This document shows positions 8,665 to 17,346 of a stretch of 64,000 nt of DNA, in pieces (the first letter of the stretch is position 1; each line of letters begins with the position of its first letter). Origin of the DNA: a virus; the IMG/VR virus record IMGVR_UViG_3300027644_000004, positions 28,256 to 92,255 of that record. The stretch is one strand, 5' to 3'. The translations under genes were made by a program, and so were the position numbers. The notes beneath the pieces are model-generated. The model saw only the letters and a program-made list of their open reading frames with translations. It was not told where the DNA came from and ran no database searches.

Positions 8665-9591
8665 ATGACAATATCAAGCTATAATGAATGGGATCCACTG
8701 GAAGAAATAGTGGTTGGTACAGCCACACAGGCCAATTGGCCCACCAACGATCCAGTGTTTGCTATGGAAAGTGAAAAGACTTCCTGGAAAGAAACTCCTG
8801 TGCCGTCCGGTGCAGTACCGCAGTGGATTGTGGACGAAGCCAATGAAGATCTTGATGAGTTGTCCAACACGCTGACACAGTTGGGCGTGACAGTGCGTCG
8901 CCCCGCTGACATGAACTTTCCTGACTTGGGTGGCATGTACAACTACTGCCCTAGAGATCGGTTGTTGATAGCAGGATCCACAGTGATTGATCCTGCCATG
9001 ATGTATCCGTGTAGAGACATGGAAATTGGCGCACTTGACTTTGTGATTGATCGTGCTGATCAGGTCCTGACCATGCCCAGAGATCGCGGCATGGTGCTGG
9101 ATGCTGCCAACATACTGCGACTGGGCAAAGACAAGTACTTGTTTTTGGAAAGCGCCAGTGGCAATCGTGCTGCCTGGGCCTGGTTGTTGGCCAACATGCC
9201 CACATCTACCAGCATGGAAGTGTGTAATTTTTATGCTGGTGTGCATATTGATTCTACCATTGTTCCTTTGCGCGAAGGCCTGGTGTTGTTGAATGGTGCC
9301 AGAGTAACTCCCGAAACCTGCCCCGCAGTGTTCAAAGACTGGGAGTGTATATACATCAATGATGTAGTGCCACAAGGGTTTTACAAATACCCCTATGCAT
9401 CAAAATGGATTGCCATGAACATGTTGGTAGTGAATCCCAACACAGTGATAGTTGATGCTGCACAGCACGACTTGATCGAACTACTGACAAAAAAGAATTT
9501 CACAGTGATACCAAGAACTCTTAGACACAGCAGAACACTGGGTGGAGGATTTCATTGCGTGACTCTTGACCTACGGAGAAAACATGTCTGA
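8665..9591 (+). CDS. amidinotransferase (StrB1/glycine amidinotransferase family)
   Basis: SYNEWDPLEEIVVG N-terminus, CPRD, DAAN (Asp), HIDST (His), GGGFHCVTLD (Cys); catalytic triad intact. Confidence 0.92.
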   Translation: MTISSYNEWDPLEEIVVGTATQANWPTNDPVFAMESEKTSWKETPVPSGAVPQWIVDEANEDLDELSNTLTQLGVTVRRPADMNFPDLGGMYNYCPRDRLLIAGSTVIDPAMMYPCRDMEIGALDFVIDRADQVLTMPRDRGMVLDAANILRLGKDKYLFLESASGNRAAWAWLLANMPTSTSMEVCNFYAGVHIDSTIVPLREGLVLLNGARVTPETCPAVFKDWECIYINDVVPQGFYKYPYASKWIAMNMLVVNPNTVIVDAAQHDLIELLTKKNFTVIPRTLRHSRTLGGGFHCVTLDLRRKHV

Positions 9592-10645
9592 TTCAAAAAT
9601 CACAGCCACTGCCATCAGCATTGACACCAGCAGTATTGCACATCTAGTGGATCAAGCAGTTGAAAACAGTATAACATCTGCAATTGCCACACTGGGAACT
9701 GATCCTGCATGGTTAGCAAAAATTGAAAACATGATCAACCAAGCAGTGGTGCGCCGTACAGTGGCCACAATTGGATCCATTGACATCAATACCATTATTC
9801 ATCAACGAGTTGATGAAAACATGGAAAAGTTAAAAGTTGAATTACTTGCTAATTTTTCCAGCACCGGAATAGACGACAAGGCCACTTCCTGTCAATTGAC
9901 TATTATGGACGACACCACGGTGATAGAAAATACGTTGACAGCACACTCTGCTAGTTTTGTGGAATCGGTGAGTGTTAAAAATTTGTCAGTCACTGGCAGT
10001 ATCAACACAGATAATCGTAGTTGGCATGCACTGGCAGCCGATATCGGTGATCGAACACTTGCACAACTAAACCAGTCCTGGCGGGATCTTTTGATTTCGC
10101 AAGTGGCAGATGAAATCAAGAAGAACGGCATTACATTTGACAACGTCAAGATTGATGACCAGCCACTGGTTTCTGGTTCACAATTGGCAAAATCTATCAC
10201 TCAAAGCAGTTTGCAAAAACTAGGCCGCCTGCAAGATCTTGTGGTAGTAGGTGAAACCAGTTTGAATGAAACAGTAACGGTGCTCAAGAAAAGACTGGGT
10301 GTCAATACCGAACAGCCAGACTCTGCGTTGAATGTCTGGGATGAGGAAGTTAGTGTGTCAATTGGAAAATACAAAAATCAAGAAGCCTACGTTGGCACAA
10401 ACCGGAATCAAACACTGAATATTGGTATCAACAAACTGCCACATGTGACCATTGGAACGGATGGCATAACCAGCATCAGCAAACTGCGTGTAGCACAGTA
10501 CATGATCGGACACGGAACAATAGTACCCAACTATAGTGGTACCAAAGGCGATATTGTGTTCAATGCTGATCCCACACCGGGCAGCGCCTTTGCCTGGGTG
10601 TGTTTGGGCGGTTTCAAATGGAAAACTCTCAAGGCAGTGGAATGA
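9584..10645 (+). CDS. probable virion/fibre-associated protein
   Basis: Helical N-terminus, beta-rich repeats, and C-terminal GTKGDIVFNADP..G..AWVC motif seen in fibre-like proteins. Confidence 0.55.
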   Translation: MSDSKITATAISIDTSSIAHLVDQAVENSITSAIATLGTDPAWLAKIENMINQAVVRRTVATIGSIDINTIIHQRVDENMEKLKVELLANFSSTGIDDKATSCQLTIMDDTTVIENTLTAHSASFVESVSVKNLSVTGSINTDNRSWHALAADIGDRTLAQLNQSWRDLLISQVADEIKKNGITFDNVKIDDQPLVSGSQLAKSITQSSLQKLGRLQDLVVVGETSLNETVTVLKKRLGVNTEQPDSALNVWDEEVSVSIGKYKNQEAYVGTNRNQTLNIGINKLPHVTIGTDGITSISKLRVAQYMIGHGTIVPNYSGTKGDIVFNADPTPGSAFAWVCLGGFKWKTLKAVE

Positions 10646-11199
10646 AGACCAATTGGGTTGTTGCAGATGCTGCGGTAATTCCACCAGATGTGGAAATCTC
10701 TGCGCTCAAAGACATTGCTGCCATCTGGGGCAGCTGGCGTACCTGGCGTGGCTGCGGTACTGACAATGTAATTTGCAACGAAGTAGGTCCAGCGCGAGAT
10801 TTGTTAAAACGCCGCATGAATGAAATGTGTAACATGTATGTGCCTGCTGCAATTTATGCAGAACTAGACCGTCCCCAATTGGTAAAAATTTACCAAGGTC
10901 AATTTACATTTGAGATAGACCGCAAAGAAGAATTGATTGCCATGCAATTGGTAGCTGACCAAAGTGACATAGTACTGCTGTTGGGATTTGACTGGACAGA
11001 AAAACCCATCAGCAACGATCGATTGACTGCACACCGAGCATTGAATTATCAAAGATTTGTAAAAGATGTAATCAGCAGTAATCCAACGGTGCAGTGGATT
11101 TTGGTAGATCATCCTGGAATGGTGCTAAAAGAGCTGGCCCAATTTGAAAATCTTACCTATAGCAGTTTGGAAGAAGTGATCGAGCTTTTGTCTGGTTGA
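10642..11199 (+). CDS. hypothetical protein, degenerate DUF115/MptE-like (sugar-transferase-like) fold
   Basis: IWGSWRTWR...DNVIC and AMQLVA..DIVLLLGFD patterns. Confidence 0.45.
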   Translation: MKTNWVVADAAVIPPDVEISALKDIAAIWGSWRTWRGCGTDNVICNEVGPARDLLKRRMNEMCNMYVPAAIYAELDRPQLVKIYQGQFTFEIDRKEELIAMQLVADQSDIVLLLGFDWTEKPISNDRLTAHRALNYQRFVKDVISSNPTVQWILVDHPGMVLKELAQFENLTYSSLEEVIELLSG

Positions 11200-11224
11200 C
11201 GATCGGTGTATTTTAGTGTATAAT
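11196..11224 (+). promoter_or_regulatory. sigma70 promoter, leaderless uvsE transcript
   Basis: TTGACG-N17-TATAAT, with ATG 6 nt downstream. Confidence 0.8.
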
Positions 11225-11230
11225 ATACAC

Positions 11231-12256
11231 ATGACTACACAAACACGTATTGGCTTCTGTTGCAAATGGCTTAATGACCCGTCCGAATGCGGCGGCATGA
11301 AAGTCAATGCTGTGGACCGGGACCTTAACGGGCGTTCAACCACCATGCGCTGGCTGCGTGAGCACCCAGCCGAGGCCGAACAACGGCAATGGGATATCAT
11401 GAATCACAACACTGCGGCAGCGGTCAAAATGATCGAGCGTGTGGCCACTCTGCCTGCAGGCCGTAGAATGGTCCGACTAGGCAGTGAAATGCTACAGGGC
11501 TACACTGAGCCCAGTTGGATTGACTGGTGGCAACAGCCAGACGTACAGAGTCATCTAGAACGTATTTTTGCACCCATTGGTGAAACTGCTCGTAGGCTGG
11601 ACGTGAGATTGAGTTTTCATCCTGGGCAGTTTTGTGTGCTGGCCAGTGAGAACCCCGGCATCGTAAATAGAAGTATACAGGAGTTTGAATATCATGCAGA
11701 TATGGTCAGGTGGATGGGATACGGCAAGACTTTTCAGGACTTTAAAATCAACGTACACATCTCGGGTAAACAAGGCCCCGCCGGCATTCGCTCTGCCCTC
11801 CAGCGACTCAGCCCCGAAGCAAGAAACTGCATCACCATCGAAAATGACGAAAATGCCTGGGGAATCGACTCAAGCCTTGAACTTGCCCGAGACTGTGCCC
11901 TCGTGCTTGATCTACACCACCACTGGATCCGTACAGGAGAGTACATTCAATCCTCCGACGATAGAGTTAAAGGCATAATTGATAGCTGGCGCGGAATGAG
12001 ACCTGCCTTGCACTACAGTGTCAGCAGGGAAGACTATCTGGTAGACCATGCCACAGATGTATTGCCAGACATGACTGCATTGTTGGCTCAAGGCTATAAA
12101 AAGCAAAAACTGCGAGCACACAGCGACTTCTATTGGAACTCGGCAGTGACTGACTGGGCACTGACCTTTGCTGAAGATTTCGACATACAGTGCGAGGCCA
12201 AAGGTAAAAACCTAGCCAGCCAGGCTGTGTACGAAAGAAAAACAAGTTATGAATGA
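11231..12256 (+). CDS. uvsE: UV damage endonuclease UvsE/UVDE
   Basis: RIGFCC, RLGS, RLSFHPGQF.VL.S, INVH.SG, IENDE, LDLHHH, HYS, RAHSD, EAKGKNLA. Confidence 0.93.
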   Translation: MTTQTRIGFCCKWLNDPSECGGMKVNAVDRDLNGRSTTMRWLREHPAEAEQRQWDIMNHNTAAAVKMIERVATLPAGRRMVRLGSEMLQGYTEPSWIDWWQQPDVQSHLERIFAPIGETARRLDVRLSFHPGQFCVLASENPGIVNRSIQEFEYHADMVRWMGYGKTFQDFKINVHISGKQGPAGIRSALQRLSPEARNCITIENDENAWGIDSSLELARDCALVLDLHHHWIRTGEYIQSSDDRVKGIIDSWRGMRPALHYSVSREDYLVDHATDVLPDMTALLAQGYKKQKLRAHSDFYWNSAVTDWALTFAEDFDIQCEAKGKNLASQAVYERKTSYE

Positions 12257-12536
12257 ACTTTTAAAACCCACATTTGATTGGATACAAGATGACTTTAAGT
12301 CTAACAGAATTCGCTTTGCTGTTGAGCTTGTTGCATGGGCTATTAGTATTGGTTGCAGTATTACTATGGCACTCACAGTCCCCAATCCTCCGCTTCTTGT
12401 TCTTTATCCTCTTTGGATCTTTGGCTGTGCTATGTATGCTTGGGCTAGTTGGACTAGGAAATCTTTTGGCATGCTGGCTAACTATTGTCTGCTGACCACT
12501 ATTGACAGCATTGGTTTAATACGAATGCTTGCCTAG
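12249..12536 (+). CDS. small multi-pass membrane protein
   Basis: Three hydrophobic helices; overlaps the uvsE stop. Confidence 0.7.
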   Translation: MNELLKPTFDWIQDDFKSNRIRFAVELVAWAISIGCSITMALTVPNPPLLVLYPLWIFGCAMYAWASWTRKSFGMLANYCLLTTIDSIGLIRMLA

Positions 12537-12554
12537 TACAAAATAAATAGCTGT

Positions 12555-13199
12555 ATGAAAACTATTGCACTGTTTGTGCATCAGCCCAAATGTTCTGTGC
12601 AAAGTGTCAACGGAATTATTCACGCACTGAGCCCACACTATCGTTTTAAAATCTTTACCCGCTATGAAGTTGAGCGGGATTTTTTTGACGATGTAGATTG
12701 TGTTGCAGTTCCGGGCGGCATAGGCGATGCCAGTAGTTTTGAATACTTATTAAGAGATAATGGCACACGTATTCAGGATTTCGTAGCTCAAGGCGGTGCG
12801 TACCTGGGCATCTGTATGGGCGCATACTGGGCCGGCAGCAATTATTTCGACCTACTAACGGATGTTGATGCAGAGCAGTATATAACAAGACCCGGAACAG
12901 ACACTCGCAGACCACACGCAAAAAATATCAGTATAACCTGGAACAATGAACCAATGAAGATGTTCTGGTACGATGGGTGTGCTTTTGTGGGCAACCAAAC
13001 AAAGTTTAAAACTGTGGCTCGCTACGTGGGAAATAACGATCCAATGGCCATTGTGCAACACCGCATAGGATTAATAGGATGCCACCCTGAAAGCACAGCA
13101 AATTGGTACGCACCTTACAGCTGGATGCGCGGGCATTACCATGGTGGCCAACATCACGCCTTGCTGTTGAATTTTGTTAACGAACTTTTAGCGTGTTGA
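12555..13199 (+). CDS. class I glutamine-amidotransferase-like protein (BPL_N family)
   Basis: VPGG, YLGICMGAY (nucleophile Cys), HPE; TAAATA 5 nt upstream. Confidence 0.8.
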   Translation: MKTIALFVHQPKCSVQSVNGIIHALSPHYRFKIFTRYEVERDFFDDVDCVAVPGGIGDASSFEYLLRDNGTRIQDFVAQGGAYLGICMGAYWAGSNYFDLLTDVDAEQYITRPGTDTRRPHAKNISITWNNEPMKMFWYDGCAFVGNQTKFKTVARYVGNNDPMAIVQHRIGLIGCHPESTANWYAPYSWMRGHYHGGQHHALLLNFVNELLAC

Positions 13200-13472
13200 T
13201 CTACCAGCAATGCGCTGACGTGCATAGCTTTCTAACTCTGAGTCAGACGGTGCAAGATTGTCGGCATTGTAAGGACCAAACTCTTTGGCATGTTCGGCAC
13301 GCCAAAATTCGAGGTCAAGAGCGATTTCTTTAGAATCTGTGTCGCTGTGTTCTACAGGTGAATCTTTAACTGGTGGGCTATCAATGACCTTGCTTTTCTT
13401 TCGGTTCAGAGCAAAAAATGCGACAAGTCCGACTATTACCAGAATGATTAAAATATTTTGCGAAAATTCCAT
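13188..13472 (-). CDS. small membrane-anchored hypothetical protein
   Basis: N-terminal TM helix followed by RKKSK. Confidence 0.6.
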   Translation of the reverse strand: MEFSQNILIILVIVGLVAFFALNRKKSKVIDSPPVKDSPVEHSDTDSKEIALDLEFWRAEHAKEFGPYNADNLAPSDSELESYARQRIAGRSTR

Positions 13473-13504
13473 AGTTAAATCCCCTAATTTTTAACGTAAC
13501 TTAT

Positions 13505-13822
13505 TTATTTGGTGTCTTTCTTGACACGTGGTTGAGCTGGCGTTTTCTTAGCAGCTGGCGTTTTTTTGGCCGGCGCTTTCTTAGCAGCTGGTGTTTTTTT
13601 GGCAGGAACTACAGACTCTGCTGGTACCAATGGGATTGGTGTAGCAGCCGCTGGCTCGGGCACTTTGTAGGTTGTGCTTTCTGCAACTGGCGCCAGAGGG
13701 GGGAATGGCCATATACCACCATCACTCTTGGAGTCCGGTGCCGGGGTCGGCGCTTCGACTTTGTACGGTGCTGGCTGCACTGTTGCTGGCTTATTAAAAA
13801 ATCTTTTCAAAAATTGTAACAT
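13505..13822 (-). CDS. Pro/Ala/Lys-rich histone H1-like protein
   Basis: PAKKTPAAKKAPAKKTPAAKK tail; AGGAG SD; TATAAATA at 13841-13848 on the minus strand. Confidence 0.7.
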   Translation of the reverse strand: MLQFLKRFFNKPATVQPAPYKVEAPTPAPDSKSDGGIWPFPPLAPVAESTTYKVPEPAAATPIPLVPAESVVPAKKTPAAKKAPAKKTPAAKKTPAQPRVKKDTK

Positions 13823-13843
13823 AAAGTTCTCCTGTGCTGTTAT

Positions 13844-15613
13844 TTATATAACTTGTGCGGCTCGACGAGCTTGTGTGTTTGCCCGTGCCTGTTCAAGTGC
13901 AGTTAATATTTCTGGTGTGTCAACCCGGCGACTATTGTTGGCAGGCGTTGGCTTGCTGTTTTGTGCGGCTCGACGAGCTTGTGTGTTTGCCCGTGCCTGT
14001 TCAAGTGCATCTGCATCTGATATTTTTGGTATTTCTATTACATTGAGTAAACTATCACTGTTGTTCTGTATTGGGCTGCTGGGCAGATCAAGATGACGAT
14101 CCTGTTCTATCTCTTGCATCATTCGATTGTAGCTTGGGCTGCCGGGCAGCTTTATAGTATGCGTGACTACAAAACTTTCCACAGCAAACTCTGGCAGATC
14201 AAGATGACGATCCTGTTCTATCTCTTGCATCATTCGATCGTAACCATCACCGTGTGGCATGGGTTGCCATGTGGGATCTGGCTCAGCAGTACCATTTAAA
14301 AATGACTGTATAAAGTTGTTAATTGGGCCCAGCATGGCCTTGGGATTAGCAATCCGATGATAGTTGTGCTCTAACACCGAGTGTGCTTGATCGTACAGAT
14401 CTTGAGGGCTGAGATGATTTATCAGTTTAACCAACTGCTCAAACGCCTGTGTCCAGCGTTTTACGTTGTCGGGTTCTTCGTCGTAGCTTTCGTCTATCCA
14501 CGGGGAAAATGTTTTGAACCCAATATTTCTAAGTTCCCGCAGACTGTGCTGTGGACCAAATGTAACAAAAATTCGTCGTCCAAACAGTACCTTGGCAGTT
14601 TTTTCTGTAAAAAAATTACACTTGGTAGAATTAGTTTCGGCTACAACGCTGAACCAAGAATTTTGATATACACCGTGCGGTATAAAAAAACTTCCATACG
14701 GTGGCACGCCCAGCACAGTTTTTCCGTTGCCAACAGGAAAATGTTCAATTCCTAGGCTATGGGTGGAATGTGCAACCCAACCACCATGTCGGCTGTGTTC
14801 TCTTAGTACGACCATTTCTGGAGTGTCGTAACGATCCAATTCAGGAGTTCGATAATATACATTCTCGTATGATTCGGGCATGGCCGATGAAACATAAGTC
14901 TGAGCACTGATGCTGACTAATCCGTGTTCCAACAACTGATTTCGACGCAGTAGGTCAAACAACAATTTTCTGTGTCCTTTGGCGCCACCTAACAGTGCTT
15001 CAAACTTGTATGGACGATCCTGACCGGGATCGTATTTTACAGGAGTATTGCTTGCTACAGTCCAGGCACCCCAGGAGTTTAGCGGAACACTCAATGCATT
15101 GTAAGGAAACAGGTTGCTGTCGATATCATCTCCGGTCCCGGCCAAAATAGATATTACTCGTCCTGGGCTAGTTTTAAAATACCCATCGGGATCGTTTAAA
15201 AAATCAATCCATTCTGATCCATACGCCATTTCTTCTTGTATGCAGATTATTAGATCGGCCCAGCTGTAATCAATTCCTGGCCCTGGTCTAGGATAATACT
15301 GATCGGCCGGTAACTTGCAGACTTGCTGACCTGTGTGTTTTCTCAAGTGATAGTGCGGCTGAAATTGATCCAGTATGATTATTTTTTTCCGGTCGCTGTT
15401 TTTAAAAAACTCAACATGTTCCCATTTGGTAAATCTCATCACTGTATTGGGATCTGCTGACGTCAGTGTCACGTGCATTGTATTCCATGGCCGATCACAG
15501 TGTGTGATATCTGGTAAGAATTTTAATCCTGCATTTTTTCCAATGGCACAGGTAACATCAAAAAATTTTGGATTCTGTAATCCAAATGCTCGTTGTGGGG
15601 TAAAGATAATCAT
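13844..15613 (-). CDS. glycosyltransferase-like protein (GT10-like motif) with repetitive C-terminal tail
   Basis: FSVVAET...FTEKTAK.L..RIF..FG...LR.IGFKTFS.WIDESYD; start reassigned to ATG 15613, 4 nt after TATAAATA. Confidence 0.6.
   Translation of the reverse strand: MIIFTPQRAFGLQNPKFFDVTCAIGKNAGLKFLPDITHCDRPWNTMHVTLTSADPNTVMRFTKWEHVEFFKNSDRKKIIILDQFQPHYHLRKHTGQQVCKLPADQYYPRPGPGIDYSWADLIICIQEEMAYGSEWIDFLNDPDGYFKTSPGRVISILAGTGDDIDSNLFPYNALSVPLNSWGAWTVASNTPVKYDPGQDRPYKFEALLGGAKGHRKLLFDLLRRNQLLEHGLVSISAQTYVSSAMPESYENVYYRTPELDRYDTPEMVVLREHSRHGGWVAHSTHSLGIEHFPVGNGKTVLGVPPYGSFFIPHGVYQNSWFSVVAETNSTKCNFFTEKTAKVLFGRRIFVTFGPQHSLRELRNIGFKTFSPWIDESYDEEPDNVKRWTQAFEQLVKLINHLSPQDLYDQAHSVLEHNYHRIANPKAMLGPINNFIQSFLNGTAEPDPTWQPMPHGDGYDRMMQEIEQDRHLDLPEFAVESFVVTHTIKLPGSPSYNRMMQEIEQDRHLDLPSSPIQNNSDSLLNVIEIPKISDADALEQARANTQARRAAQNSKPTPANNSRRVDTPEILTALEQARANTQARRAAQVI
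13853..14238. repeat. two pairs of perfect in-frame direct repeats (A-A-B-B)
   Basis: 49 bp at 13853-13901 and 13961-14009; 46 bp at 14082-14127 and 14193-14238. Confidence 0.9.
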
Positions 15614-15671
15614 GGTATATTTATAGTGACAGCTCACTACAAATAATATCAAACGATGTTGCGCCGCAGCA

Positions 15672-15749
15672 TAAATAATGTTACAATAAGACACTGGGTG
15701 CTGAATAGGTCGGGCCCAGTATCAGACTTGCTTAATTAAGGAGAAACAC
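15672..15749 (+). promoter_or_regulatory. late promoter plus two-hairpin structured 5' UTR homologous to the hsp20 leader
   Basis: TAAATA 15672-15677; ACTGGGT-G-CTGA-ATAGG-TCGG-GCCCAGT 15693-15720; CTT-G-CTT-AATT-AAGGAG 15727-15743. Confidence 0.75.
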
Positions 15750-16028
15750 ATGTATACAGCAGACGCAATCATCGACACCGTTCAAACCGGTAAAAAAACT
15801 TTTGTCAACACTTTCGTTACTAACAAAACAGCCCGCGACGCCATGATTGAATTCATTGACGCCCAAGCTGACTATACCAAAAAAGCTGCCAAAGTTGGTC
15901 AAGACACTGTCACTACATTGCTTAGTGAAGGTGTCAAGGCTTACCAAAATGCCACTAAATTTGACTACACCAAATTTGGCGAAGGCATCATGAAAGCCTA
16001 CACAGCCCAAAACTTCACCAAAAAGTAA
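15750..16028 (+). CDS. phasin-like small helical protein
   Basis: 92 aa, amphipathic and all-helical, with 'FIDAQADYTKKAAK' resembling the phasin core; strong SD. Confidence 0.5.
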   Translation: MYTADAIIDTVQTGKKTFVNTFVTNKTARDAMIEFIDAQADYTKKAAKVGQDTVTTLLSEGVKAYQNATKFDYTKFGEGIMKAYTAQNFTKK

Positions 16029-16047
16029 TACGCAAGTATTATCTTAC

Positions 16048-16074
16048 AAAAACCCTGCCCAGTGCAGGGTTTTT
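16048..16074 (+). terminator. intrinsic terminator (bidirectional-type)
   Basis: AAAAACCCTGC-CCAGT-GCAGGGTTTTT. Confidence 0.85.
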
Positions 16075-16075
16075 C

Positions 16076-16104
16076 TTGACTAAATTTTCCCAAACTGCTA
16101 CAAT
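16076..16104 (+). promoter_or_regulatory. sigma70 promoter
   Basis: TTGACT-N17-TACAAT. Confidence 0.75.
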
Positions 16105-16130
16105 ACACACATAAACCGCAAGGAGTTAAA

Positions 16131-16628
16131 ATGTATTGTAATCCCACACTGACCGCCGAAGAATTCAAGACCATTCACAACGGCCTCTGCGAACTTCGTA
16201 GTGTCTATGAATCCATTCACAGTGTTGTCCGAGAGCCTATTTCTGACAAATTGGCCCGTGCAATTCGAGAAATTGAAAAAGGCTTGGCCAGTGCTTATGA
16301 AGAAGACAACAAGGATTTTACTCGTAAGAGCAATCACTTCGATGATGTCAGTGCTCAACTAGGTATGGACCACAGCAATTGGAGTATTTACGAAGTAGAC
16401 AATCTCACTGACCGCCATCCTTATGAGGGTGCGGAACGTGTGGTCTACAAAGATCATTGGGGCAAAAAGGCTTTGAGTTGTAGCATCAATGGCCTGACTT
16501 GGTCAGCTCTTTGGATTGCAGCCAATGCCTGTATTCGCGACAGCGGCGACGATCATCATATTTTTATCGAAAGTTTCCGGCCAGATGCTGAAGATCCCTG
16601 TACCCTGATTTTGAGCACTGGCAGCTGA
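16131..16628 (+). CDS. hypothetical early protein
   Basis: AAGGAG SD; C-terminal 'TW..LW.AA..CIR.SGD.HHIFIE.F..L.TGS' motif typical of phage hypotheticals. Confidence 0.75.
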   Translation: MYCNPTLTAEEFKTIHNGLCELRSVYESIHSVVREPISDKLARAIREIEKGLASAYEEDNKDFTRKSNHFDDVSAQLGMDHSNWSIYEVDNLTDRHPYEGAERVVYKDHWGKKALSCSINGLTWSALWIAANACIRDSGDDHHIFIESFRPDAEDPCTLILSTGS

Positions 16629-16639
16629 AAAACCATTGG

Positions 16640-16669
16640 TTGACCAATAATTCATATTTTTGCTACAAT
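16640..16669 (+). promoter_or_regulatory. sigma70 promoter
   Basis: TTGACC-N18-TACAAT. Confidence 0.7.
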
Positions 16670-16699
16670 ATACATATCACCATCAAGAAAGGTTTCACT

Positions 16700-17344
16700 A
16701 TGAAACAACGTATTTTATCTATTGCAGTTGCCGCCGCACTTGTGACCTTGGCCGGTTGTTCAACCACAGCAGTGACCAACACTGACGAACAGATTCGCAA
16801 TCAGCGACTGTCCACCAAGTTTGTGGGCGAAGGTATCAAGATTGAAACCAATTGTGCCTGGTACCGACCGTTCAAAAGCGACTGCGAGATTGTTTCTATC
16901 GAAGCAGTGGGCACCGCGCCAACCTTTGGCAACACCACCAGCAATCGTAAAAACGCCTTGATCCGTGCAGAGATGCAGGCCGGTGCCAATGTTTCGCATT
17001 TTATCAAGCAGGACATCACCAGCAATCGGGTAACTACAACCATTGCCAAGAACGTGGAAAAGGCTCGCGACAAGCTGAACACCAATCATGGCGATCATGA
17101 AGTGGTCGAAATGAGTGACAACGAAGCCAAAGGCTCCAATGTAAGTGTGCGTGAAAACAGCAATGACACCGCAGTGAATCTAACCACCACCATCCGTGCC
17201 AACAGTGCGGCCGTACTCCGTGGCTTCAAAGTGACTCGCCAAGAAGTAACGGGCCCGCAAGAAGTTGCAGTGACCATTCGTTGGGATAAGGACAGTGAGC
17301 GTACCGCCCGAATGTTAGAAAGCAAGTTTGGCACCGCTCGCTGA
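16700..17344 (+). CDS. lipoprotein, LPP20-like
   Basis: Signal peptide with lipobox LAGC; 'AVGTA...ALIRAE..A...VS.FI' LPP20-like pattern. Confidence 0.7.
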   Translation: MKQRILSIAVAAALVTLAGCSTTAVTNTDEQIRNQRLSTKFVGEGIKIETNCAWYRPFKSDCEIVSIEAVGTAPTFGNTTSNRKNALIRAEMQAGANVSHFIKQDITSNRVTTTIAKNVEKARDKLNTNHGDHEVVEMSDNEAKGSNVSVRENSNDTAVNLTTTIRANSAAVLRGFKVTRQEVTGPQEVAVTIRWDKDSERTARMLESKFGTAR

Positions 17345-17346
17345 AC

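Noticed and set aside
12555-13199. Biotin-protein ligase
   Set aside because: Only the GATase-like N-terminal domain family is present; there is no ligase domain.
13853-14238. Possible CRISPR mini-array
   Set aside because: There are two different repeats with two copies each, about 60-bp spacers, in-frame periods inside a CDS, and no cas genes or leader.
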